From a virus (lineage: Duplodnaviria; Caudoviricetes), in IMG/VR virus record IMGVR_UViG_3300009873_000014, positions 5,121 through 69,120 of that record: a stretch of 64,000 nucleotides of DNA; one strand, given 5' to 3'. Below are positions 46,726 to 55,048 of this stretch, one piece after another. Positions within the stretch are counted from its first letter, which is position 1, and each line of letters begins with the position of its first letter. Both the position numbers and the translations under genes were made by a program. The notes under the pieces were generated by a model. That model saw only the letters and a list, made by a program, of their open reading frames with translations, made no database searches and had not been told where the DNA came from.

Positions 46726-47225
46726 CGGAGATCCCTGCCGTTCGCCGTGCGCCCCGTCGTCCACGCGCCGTCACGGCCGGCTCCGAGCGACTCGCCGCCA
46801 TCCACCCGTGGGCAGTCGGAGCAGTCGCCGGCGAGCGCGACCCAACACTCCGGCGTCAGCGCGTCCGGGTGGCCACACGTGCCGTCCACCTCGTCGGCGA
46901 ACCGGCATCCGGGCACCGGCCGGGCGAACCCGTGCGGCTCGCTCTCGTCCTGCCGGAGCCACGTGGTCGGATCGGCAAGATCCTCACGCACGTAGGCCAC
47001 GGCCGCGGCGACGGCCGCGGCGACCACCTCGCGGCGCGTCTCCCCGGTGAACCGGCGCGCCTGCCGGCCGCTGGCAGCGCGCACGTCGGCGCGCCACTCG
47101 CGGGTCACGAGCACCCGGCGGAGGTTGTACCGCGTCTCCGAGTAGGAGAGATCGGCCACCACCTCTGGCCCGTCGGTCCACGTGACCCGGCCGGCGCTCG
47201 TGAGGTACCCCTTGCGCTCGGTCAC
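46722..47225 (-). CDS. Hypothetical protein
   Basis: GTGA-type overlaps; 167 aa. Confidence 0.55.
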   Translation of the reverse strand: MTERKGYLTSAGRVTWTDGPEVVADLSYSETRYNLRRVLVTREWRADVRAASGRQARRFTGETRREVVAAAVAAAVAYVREDLADPTTWLRQDESEPHGFARPVPGCRFADEVDGTCGHPDALTPECWVALAGDCSDCPRVDGGESLGAGRDGAWTTGRTANGRDLR

Positions 47226-47551
47226 GAGTCCGTCTCCGGCGCTCGGCGCTCGGCGAGCACCATGCGTGCGAGATCATGGGCCGCGTCGGAGATCGTCGGT
47301 TGCGACAGGCCGGGGTACTCCCGTGAGTGTCGCCAGCTCGCACGCCGGCTCGTGCCGCGAGCGTTCACGTACCGGGCACCACGGCTCCGGCGCTCCCACG
47401 TCTCGTGGTAGCGAGAGATGGTGCCGATGCGCTCGCCGTTGAGGTACGCGACGTACTCGCCGGGTCCGGCCCGCTCCACCTCCACGTGCTGGCCGACCAG
47501 CTCCGGCATCCACACGCGGTCGCTCATCTCGACCGTGCGACGGGTGCTCAC
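47222..47551 (-). CDS. Hypothetical protein
   Basis: Coupled; 109 aa. Confidence 0.55.
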   Translation of the reverse strand: MSTRRTVEMSDRVWMPELVGQHVEVERAGPGEYVAYLNGERIGTISRYHETWERRSRGARYVNARGTSRRASWRHSREYPGLSQPTISDAAHDLARMVLAERRAPETDS

Positions 47552-48723
47552 GGCTCGTCGCTCTCGGCCATCGCGTCCAGCGCGTCGCGCTCGTCCTCGC
47601 GAGCCTGGCGCTCGCGCTCGGCGTCCAGCGCCGGGATCGCGCTGGCCGACACCACGAGGAACGCGTGGTATCCCTCGCCGTCGGCGTCCGTGCCCATCTC
47701 GGCGTCACGCTCGGAGGAGATCCGGGTGGCACCGGAGCGGGTGAACGGGCCGTCGTAGGACCCGTCCGGGTTGAGCACGTAGTGCTCGCTCCCCGGCTCC
47801 GGGTCGTAGTCCGGCGCGTGCTCGCACGAGATCTCGTGGCCGATGCTCGTCGCACCGTGCACGAGACACTCGTAGATCTCCCCTGCCTCGTCGTCGGCGT
47901 CCACGAGCACGTACCGGCACGTGAGGTAGCCGGCGATCGGCGTGAGGATCTCGCGCCCGTCCTCGTCGCGCACCGGGTCGCCACCGTTGTTGTGGCCGTC
48001 GGAGTAGGGATCGTGGGCCGGGTCCCGCGGGCACGAGCGCACCTCGCCGGGCGCGGCGTCGGGGATCGCGGCGTCGCACTCATCGCACGATCCGTTCGGG
48101 CGCGAGTCCGGGTGGTGGTCCTCCACCTCCGAGATGATCTCGCCGGCCAGCTCGCCGATGATCTCCGGGTAGAACGAGTCCACCTCGTGGAGCGACGCGC
48201 TGGCCATCTCCACCTCGTGCTCGCCGCCGGCGGAGTCGCGGACCTTCTCGGTCAGCACGAGCCGGACGGTCAGCACGCCGTCCTCCACGATGCGCGCCAC
48301 GGTGGCCTTGCACTCGGCCATCCACTCGGCGTCCAGCTCCGGCAGTCCGATCTCCTCGGCGGTCGGCGGTTGCCACCAGCACACGGAGCCTCCCTGCACC
48401 GGCTGGCGGTAGACGATGCTCGCCGCGCCGTCGAACCCGTCGGGCCGGCCGTCGCGGTGGCCGGACCACGCGACGCGCCCGAACCCGTCGCAATCGTTGA
48501 GGTACTCCACGCCGGTCCACTCGCCGCGCTCCTCGTCCTCGGAGACGATGCGGAGGGTGAGCGTGCGGCCGTCGGCCAGCTCGAACGTGTCGCCGTCCTC
48601 GGTCAGCGCGGCCATCGCCGCGGCGAGCGCCGGCGACGGGTCCAGTCCGTGCCGTGCGATCTCCGCCGGCGTCCGGTCCGTGTTCTCGTCGTAGACCAGC
48701 TCGGTCAGTCGGTAGGTGCTCAT
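47548..48723 (-). CDS. Acidic mosaic hypothetical protein
   Basis: ATG after GACAGGGA; 391 aa. Confidence 0.65.
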   Translation of the reverse strand: MSTYRLTELVYDENTDRTPAEIARHGLDPSPALAAAMAALTEDGDTFELADGRTLTLRIVSEDEERGEWTGVEYLNDCDGFGRVAWSGHRDGRPDGFDGAASIVYRQPVQGGSVCWWQPPTAEEIGLPELDAEWMAECKATVARIVEDGVLTVRLVLTEKVRDSAGGEHEVEMASASLHEVDSFYPEIIGELAGEIISEVEDHHPDSRPNGSCDECDAAIPDAAPGEVRSCPRDPAHDPYSDGHNNGGDPVRDEDGREILTPIAGYLTCRYVLVDADDEAGEIYECLVHGATSIGHEISCEHAPDYDPEPGSEHYVLNPDGSYDGPFTRSGATRISSERDAEMGTDADGEGYHAFLVVSASAIPALDAERERQAREDERDALDAMAESDEP

Positions 48724-48886
48724 GTTCCCTGTCCTCCTGCCGGGTCCTCACCCGGCGGTCGTGCTCGGTAGTCCACGGTGGACGGCCGATGCGAGGAGCG
48801 CCCGGACCCGGCGGGTGGGAGGGTAGGACCCGGCCCGGACGCTCTCCGCACCGGCCAGCCTTGCGGCCGGCCAGTGCTCGTGACGG

Positions 48887-50038
48887 TCAGCTCACCCGGA
48901 CCGGCATGAGGAGCCGGGTCCGACCGTCCACGTCCCGTGCCACGCACGGCTTCTGCGCGTCGCGCATGGTGAACCGCGTGCCGGCCGTCATGCCGGCGAG
49001 GAGATCGGCGAGGTAGTCCGGGTTGTAGGCCACGGTCAGCTCCGGCCCATCCCACGAGCACCCGGCGAGGGTCACCTCGCGCTCCCCGCGGTCCTGCACG
49101 ATCATCCGAGCCACCACGGCCGGCCCGTCGGGCATGAGCCGGACCGGCGTGTTCAGCTCGCCGAACCCTCGGAACGCGGTGGCGATGGCCGACGAGATGG
49201 CCGACGGGTCGGCGATGACGATGGCCGACGGCTCCGTGTCGGCCGACGGGATGAGTCCCTTGTAGTTGGGAAACTCACCCTCCATCTCGCGGCACGTGAC
49301 CGTGGCCGTGCCGTGCGGACCCGTGACGCTCATGGTCAGCGTGGCCACCGTGCTCCGGTCCTCGCGGATCTCCTCGTCCGTCTCCACGATGACGGTCATC
49401 TCGTCGGCCTTGGCCTTGCTCGCCGCGGCCACGATCATCGCGAACGGCCGGCGGGTGACCATCACGTCGAACGGCACCTCGTGCACCGGGCGCTCCGCCA
49501 CGTGGAGCCGGTACGAATCCGTGGCCACCACCCGGTCACCCTCCACCCGGAGGCACGAGAGGATCGGACGGGACGCACCGTCGCCGGCCGTGGCCGGCAG
49601 CGTCTCGGCGAACGGAGCGATGCTGGCCGTGAACGGCCGGCCGTCGGCGACGGCCGCGATCCGCGGCCACTCGTCCAGCGCGAGGCATCGCACCTCGGAC
49701 GTGTAGTCCGTGGTGACCGTGACGCTCGTGACCCGGCCCGTGCCGGCGACCACCACGGAGTCCGACTCCACGATCCGCACGGTGCCCTTCCCCTTGCTCG
49801 CGGCCTTGATCTCCGCGAACGGGATGACGGCCGACCCGTGGCCGGCCACCTCCGCGCCGGCGAACGTGTAGCTCGCCGTCACCTCAAGGTCCGTGCTCGT
49901 GAACGTGACGCCGTGCTCGTCGGCCGTCACCCGGACGCCGGAGAGGATCGGCAGCGCACCGCCGCGGCTGGCCACCGCCTTGCCGACGTGAGGCACGGCC
50001 GTCCGGAGCGCGGCACGGTCAAGCGTGAAATCCATCAT
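48887..50038 (-). CDS. dnaN: DNA polymerase III beta-clamp homolog
   Basis: F.LDR..L......V.KAV.SR..LPILSGV; STDLE; ATDSYRL; GEFPNY..LIP; AYNPDYL.D; LLMPVR. Confidence 0.9.
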   Translation of the reverse strand: MMDFTLDRAALRTAVPHVGKAVASRGGALPILSGVRVTADEHGVTFTSTDLEVTASYTFAGAEVAGHGSAVIPFAEIKAASKGKGTVRIVESDSVVVAGTGRVTSVTVTTDYTSEVRCLALDEWPRIAAVADGRPFTASIAPFAETLPATAGDGASRPILSCLRVEGDRVVATDSYRLHVAERPVHEVPFDVMVTRRPFAMIVAAASKAKADEMTVIVETDEEIREDRSTVATLTMSVTGPHGTATVTCREMEGEFPNYKGLIPSADTEPSAIVIADPSAISSAIATAFRGFGELNTPVRLMPDGPAVVARMIVQDRGEREVTLAGCSWDGPELTVAYNPDYLADLLAGMTAGTRFTMRDAQKPCVARDVDGRTRLLMPVRVS

Positions 50039-50085
50039 GGGTTGATCTCCCTGTCTCGTGAGCCGGCACCTAACCGGCTCGTTTC

Positions 50086-50101
50086 CTATACCGGAGTATA
50101 C
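50086..50101 (-). promoter_or_regulatory. Operator/promoter copy on minus strand (GTATACT-CC-GGTATAG) for dnaN-like gene
   Basis: Reverse complement of ctataccggagtatac. Confidence 0.75.
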
Positions 50102-50217
50102 ACACTCCGAGTCCGTTGGCAAGCATCCCGTGCCACCACCACCACGAGCCACCACCACCACGTCGCCGGCGCTGGCGCGAGTAGCCGCGCGAGCAAGCGC
50201 GCGAGCAACACGCGCCG

Positions 50218-50889
50218 TCACGCGTCCCCGTCCTCTCGTGCCAGATTCTTGAGCGCCACGGCGGAGATCCCCGTCAGCGTGGCGATCTCCGGCCACGTGC
50301 ACCCGGCCCGGCGCATCGCTCGCACCGCGCCAGCTCGAACGGCCGACGCTCGCCGACGTGACTCCTCGGCCAGCACGAGCGCCACGGTCCCGCGGTCGTA
50401 CTCCACGAGCGCCGCGGCCAGCTCCTCCGCCACCACGGCCGGCCGTGGCTCCACGTACCGGACCCGGCCCACCTCGGCCAGCTCCTCCGGTCGCCGGAGA
50501 TCTCCGACCATCGGACCGGGTGGCACGTCCTCCGGCCGTAGCTGGCCGACGGCGAGCGCCACGGCGACGGCGACGGCGAGCCGGTAGGACCCGCTCCACG
50601 GTGCCCACTCCGGCCGGTCGGCCGGCACCCGCACGAGCCGGCGCGCCACGTCCTCGCCGACGTACGCGCCCACCTCCACGAGCCGGACCGGCCACACGTA
50701 CCCGGACGCGGCCAGCGCGGCACGGACCCGGCGAGACGTACGCGCCACCTCGTCCGGGTCCTCGGCCGGTGCACCGTGGAGCACGAGCGCCGGCGCGGCG
50801 TAGCGGGTGAGCACCCGCACCACGGCCGGCCGGCCGTCGCTCGTCCTCGTCGGCACTACCGCGCCGCGCACTGTCTCGGATGGCTCCAC
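50218..50889 (-). CDS. ComM/YifB N-terminal-like domain fused to C-terminal HTH
   Basis: LVLHG.P......R...RVRAAL..SGY.WP.R...V...PAD.....SY.LAVAVA..L..GQL; C-terminal RRAG.TWPEIA.LTGIS; start GTG 50889 or 50913. Confidence 0.6.
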   Translation of the reverse strand: MEPSETVRGAVVPTRTSDGRPAVVRVLTRYAAPALVLHGAPAEDPDEVARTSRRVRAALAASGYVWPVRLVEVGAYVGEDVARRLVRVPADRPEWAPWSGSYRLAVAVAVALAVGQLRPEDVPPGPMVGDLRRPEELAEVGRVRYVEPRPAVVAEELAAALVEYDRGTVALVLAEESRRRASAVRAGAVRAMRRAGCTWPEIATLTGISAVALKNLAREDGDA

Positions 50890-50985
50890 GTCCCTAGCCT
50901 CTCTCGTGGCCACGCTCCACGCGCACGAGCACCCGGCCGGCGGACCGGTCCGGGTGCTCGTGAGTGTCGCTCGTGACCCGCCTAC

Positions 50986-51618
50986 CTAGCGCCGGCCACC
51001 CGCCACGCACTCCGGCCGGCTCCACACGGCCGAATCCTCCGCCGCGGCGTAGCCGATGGTCCGGCCGTCCTCGCCGATCCATCGGCCGTACGGCGACCCT
51101 CCCACGTAGTCCGCGCCACGGAGCGCCGGCGGGTCCGGGTCCTCGTCGGCATGGCCGGCGATGCGCTCGCACCCTCGGACCGGCTCCGAGAACGTGGCCG
51201 ACGGCCGGCACGCGGCCAGCACGAGCACGGCGAGCACGAGCGCCACGAGGAGCGCACCCGCTCGCACGTGGCCACCCTCGGCCGGGTACGCGCCCACCGG
51301 GTCCGGCAGCTCCTCCACCTCCGGCCGTGACCCGTGCGGGTATCGGATGCTCCGCACGGTCCGGCATCCGACGGCGCGCCGGTACTCGCCGACGAACGAG
51401 GAGCCGGCCGCGCTGGCGCGGTTCGGCCCATCGCCGGCGCTCCACTTGCGCGGCACGTACTGGAACACTCGGAACGTGTCCGCGCTGGCCGGCACGAGCC
51501 ACCCGGCGAGGTACTCCCATAGGTCCGCCGGCAGCTTGCCGCGGCGGAGGGTCGGACCCTCCACCACCTCCGACCCGGCTCCGTGCTCCGGGTGCTCCCA
51601 CTCCACTAGGTAGAGCAT
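50986..51618 (-). CDS. Hypothetical protein with internal lipoprotein-like second half
   Basis: ATG after GACAGGGAG; internal GTG 51267 with GAGGGT RBS followed by hydrophobic run and LAAC lipobox. Confidence 0.55.
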   Translation of the reverse strand: MLYLVEWEHPEHGAGSEVVEGPTLRRGKLPADLWEYLAGWLVPASADTFRVFQYVPRKWSAGDGPNRASAAGSSFVGEYRRAVGCRTVRSIRYPHGSRPEVEELPDPVGAYPAEGGHVRAGALLVALVLAVLVLAACRPSATFSEPVRGCERIAGHADEDPDPPALRGADYVGGSPYGRWIGEDGRTIGYAAAEDSAVWSRPECVAGGRR

Positions 51619-51787
51619 CGCTCGTCCTCCCTGTCTCTACGGTCCGCACCCTACGGACCGTGCCAGCGCGGCCGACCGGAGCCGGTAACGCTGGCACCGT
51701 GCCGGAGCCTCGGAGAGTGCTAGAGGCTCCGGCACGGGTGCCGGGTCATGGCGGGTGGCTAGGTCGGCGCACCCGCTCGCCGATGAC

Positions 51788-54331
51788 CTACCGCGCCGGG
51801 TAGTCCTCGCCGTGGAGCGCACGGAGGAGCCGGCACCCGGCGATGGTCAGCACGTCGGCCACGATGCCGGACGAGAGATCGCCGTCCGATCCGACCGGCA
51901 ACCCGTCCACCGCGTACCGGGTGCCATGCTCCGCGGCTTGCCGGTCCGTCAGCTCCTCCACTTGCTGCCACCCGCACACGTCCACGAACACGCGCCACCG
52001 GTCGTACGTGGCAGTCGTGACGCTCATTCCGTCCGGGTCCACGAGGTAGCTAGGCACGTTGTCCACGTTGTCCACCTCGTCCGGGTCCACCTCGGCGCGC
52101 CAGTCGTAGTACGCGCTCTCCACGTCTCGGAGCCACTCCGCACCCGGCGACCCGTCACGGGTGAACCCTCGCGCCGGCCAGTCGCTCCGCTCCCACGCGT
52201 CCGGCTCGTCGTACCCGTAGGCGTCCGGCGCGTCCGGGTCGTGCACGTCGGCGAGGTTGGCAAGCTGCCACGTGGTCCGGCGCTTGCGCTCCGGGTAGAC
52301 CATCTCCCGCGCCACCCGCTCCACGTGCTCCGCCGCGGCCACGTTGTAGGCGTCCTCCCACGCGTCCGCCACCTCGTCACGGAGCCACGTCGGAGCCTCG
52401 GCCGGCTCGCGCTCGCCGTCCTCCGGGTCGCCGTCCGTCTCGGCGAGGATCTCGGCCACCACTCGCGCCACGGTGCACGGCGAGCCGGTCGCCGTCTCCA
52501 CGAGGTAGGCCACCTCGGCGAGCGCCGCGCCGGCCACGCTCTCGGCCGTCTCGCCGTCGGCCCACTGGCCGGAGAGATCCGCGGCCGGCATCTCGTCGGA
52601 GATCTCCGGGTCACCATCGGCCAACCCTCGGAGGAGCACCCGTGCTCGCTCCATGTCGGCCGGCTCGTGCCACGTGGCCGCGGCGCGGCCGGCATCTCGG
52701 CCGGCGACCGTGGCCGCGGCGATGGTCAACCCGTGCCAGCTCCACCCGTAGAGCCACGAGACGGCGAGCGCCGGCACCGTGGCCGGCTCCTCGTCCTCCG
52801 GCTCGTCCTCGGCCAGCTCCGGCAGGATCTCCGCCACCTCCGCCACGAGCCGGCGGAGGAGCCACACGAGCGCCACCACCACGAGCACGGCGAGCACGAG
52901 GAGCACCACGGCGACCGGACCACCCGGCCACCCGGCCCACACGGCGAGCACCACGGCGAGCACTCCGAGCGCCGGCAGCTCCGCCGCGCCGCGCTCGCCG
53001 TCGTACCGCGCCACGTTCGCCGCGTGCGCGTCCTCCGTGTGGCTCGCTCCGAGGTAGCACCACCCGCACCGCTCGGAGTCTCCGCCGGCCGGGTAGGTCC
53101 GCCGGGTGTCGCTCCGGTCCTCCGGTCCGGCCAAGTGGACATGCCACCCGGCCGGGTCCGTCTCGTCCGCCGCGGCGTCCGCGCGGCCACCGGGCAGCAC
53201 ACGAGCGCAGTAGCCACGGTCCACCCGGTACGGGTCCTCGCGGTGCGCCACGGTGCCGACGAACCCGCAAGGCTCGCCGACGGCGAGGAGCGACCCGCAC
53301 ACGGTGCACGGTGCCAGCTCCTCCGGGTCGCCGTCCGTCCACCCGTCCACGTGGCTCCACACGGTGGCACCCGTGGCACGGTCGGCCCACTCCGGCCGGC
53401 TCGTGCCGGAGACGGAGCGCCGGTACTCGTCCTCCGTCATGGCCGGCACCTCGTGGCCGGTAAGCGTCACGCTCCGGCCGTCGTACTCCTCGCCGAACCC
53501 GCTCCGGCCGATCTCCACGAGCCGCGCCCACACTCCGGATGGCACGTGCTCGGAGCCGGAGTGCACCCGCTCCACCCGGTGCACGGTCCCTCCGAGGTTG
53601 ACCCGCTCACCCTCCACGAGTGCCAGCACCTCCGCCACCGGTGCGAGGTAGCCGGAGCCACCCGGCCGCGGCGTCACGTGCTCCACGGTCCGGAGCGTGG
53701 CCGGCTCCGTGTGGGCACCTCCGAGGTTGACCGGGCACGGACCCTCGCCGTACTCGGCCAGGCTCCGGCCACATGCCAGACAGACCGGCCGGCGCTCTCC
53801 GAGCATCTCGGCCACCGCGTCCGCCGCGTCGCTCTCGTCCGCTCGCACGGTCCGGAGGAACCCGGCCGTACCTCCATCCCAGTGCCGGCCCACTCCGGCG
53901 ACCACCTCCGCCGCGGGCAGCTCCTCCACGTCCTCCGGGTCAAGGTCCGACCACCCGCAATCGGCGAGCCAGCCACGAGCCTCGGCCAGCTCCTCGGCCG
54001 TCCACCCGGCCGGCAGCTCCTCCGGCTCCTCGCTCGTGACGCTCGTGAGCCACGCGTCAAGCGCCGCGCACTCCGGGCACCCGTCCACGTTCCGAGGGTG
54101 CTCGCCGCGCTCGTGAGCCTCGGCGAGATCCTCACCCGCTCGGAGCGCGGCGACCCGCTCCACGTCGGCCAGCATGGCGGACCGTGCCGCGTCCTCTGCT
54201 GCCACCCGGTCGGCCACGTCGCCGGCTCCGACCACTCCACCGAATCGCACCGTTGCCCAGTGCCACCCGTCGGCCGTCTCTCGGCCACTCATCGTGTACC
54301 CGTCCTCATCGGTCCGGAACGTCTCTGCCAT
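51788..54331 (-). CDS. Large mosaic (polyvalent-like) protein, 847 aa
   Basis: ATG 54331 after GACAGGGAG; string of short acidic domains with one internal TM segment. Confidence 0.7.
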   Translation of the reverse strand: MAETFRTDEDGYTMSGRETADGWHWATVRFGGVVGAGDVADRVAAEDAARSAMLADVERVAALRAGEDLAEAHERGEHPRNVDGCPECAALDAWLTSVTSEEPEELPAGWTAEELAEARGWLADCGWSDLDPEDVEELPAAEVVAGVGRHWDGGTAGFLRTVRADESDAADAVAEMLGERRPVCLACGRSLAEYGEGPCPVNLGGAHTEPATLRTVEHVTPRPGGSGYLAPVAEVLALVEGERVNLGGTVHRVERVHSGSEHVPSGVWARLVEIGRSGFGEEYDGRSVTLTGHEVPAMTEDEYRRSVSGTSRPEWADRATGATVWSHVDGWTDGDPEELAPCTVCGSLLAVGEPCGFVGTVAHREDPYRVDRGYCARVLPGGRADAAADETDPAGWHVHLAGPEDRSDTRRTYPAGGDSERCGWCYLGASHTEDAHAANVARYDGERGAAELPALGVLAVVLAVWAGWPGGPVAVVLLVLAVLVVVALVWLLRRLVAEVAEILPELAEDEPEDEEPATVPALAVSWLYGWSWHGLTIAAATVAGRDAGRAAATWHEPADMERARVLLRGLADGDPEISDEMPAADLSGQWADGETAESVAGAALAEVAYLVETATGSPCTVARVVAEILAETDGDPEDGEREPAEAPTWLRDEVADAWEDAYNVAAAEHVERVAREMVYPERKRRTTWQLANLADVHDPDAPDAYGYDEPDAWERSDWPARGFTRDGSPGAEWLRDVESAYYDWRAEVDPDEVDNVDNVPSYLVDPDGMSVTTATYDRWRVFVDVCGWQQVEELTDRQAAEHGTRYAVDGLPVGSDGDLSSGIVADVLTIAGCRLLRALHGEDYPAR

Positions 54332-54393
54332 CTCGCACTCTCCCTGTCTCGTGGCGCTCGCTCCGGTCCTCACCGGTGGCCACACGGAGAACC

Positions 54394-54409
54394 CTATACC
54401 GCGGTACAC
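54394..54409 (-). promoter_or_regulatory. Operator/promoter copy on minus strand (GTGTACC-GC-GGTATAG)
   Basis: Followed by GGT giving TATAGG -10-like box; upstream of 847-aa gene. Confidence 0.75.
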
Positions 54410-55045
54410 GGCCGGAGCAACTACCCGCCACCCTCGGCCGGCCCACGAGCACGGCGACCCGGTGCCCACTCGTCCACCACGAGGAGCCACGGCGAGCCGG
54501 TCGGCCAGCTCCACACCGCGCCACCACGTCCAACCCGCCCACCTACGGCCGGCCACCCGCTACCCGTCCGCACCCGCTCCACCGTGCCCACACTGGCCTA
54601 GAGCCACGCACCCGGCCACGCACCCGCAAAACCACGGCCGACCCTCCCACCCTCCACACGTCCCCGGAGGTACCAAAACCACGGAGAACCCGGCCCACTC
54701 GCACACGTAGCGCCGGCTCGTGGCCACGGTGCTCGGAGGTATACCCGTCCTCGTGCTCGCTCCGGCTCGTGCTCGTGAGGCTCCGAGGTATACCCGGCTC
54801 GCTCCGTGCCGGCTCCGTGCTCGTGCTGCACGGCGACGAGGAGCGCACGGCGACCCGCTCGGACCCGTCCGGGCACCCTCCACCCTCCGACCCTCGGACC
54901 GGACCGGCCACGGCGAGGAGCGCCGGCACCCGGCCACCCTCCACGGCGACGCTCCGCACCGCGGGACCGGTACACGCGCACCCGCACCCTCTATCCACAA
55001 GGGGGTCGCCTCCTCTCGGGACTATGTGGCGGGGAGGGTGGGGGT
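54410..55045. other. Non-coding divergent region, putative genome end / packaging origin
   Basis: C-rich left of ~55010, G/T-rich right; GAGGTATACCCG repeated at 54736 and 54785; directly upstream of terS. Confidence 0.5.
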
Positions 55046-55048
55046 ACG

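Noticed and set aside
54410-55045. Possible tRNA, ncRNA or CRISPR-like array in the large intergenic region
   Set aside because: No cloverleaf or T-loop motif and no regular repeat-spacer periodicity seen; only short irregular repeats. A covariance-model search was not run
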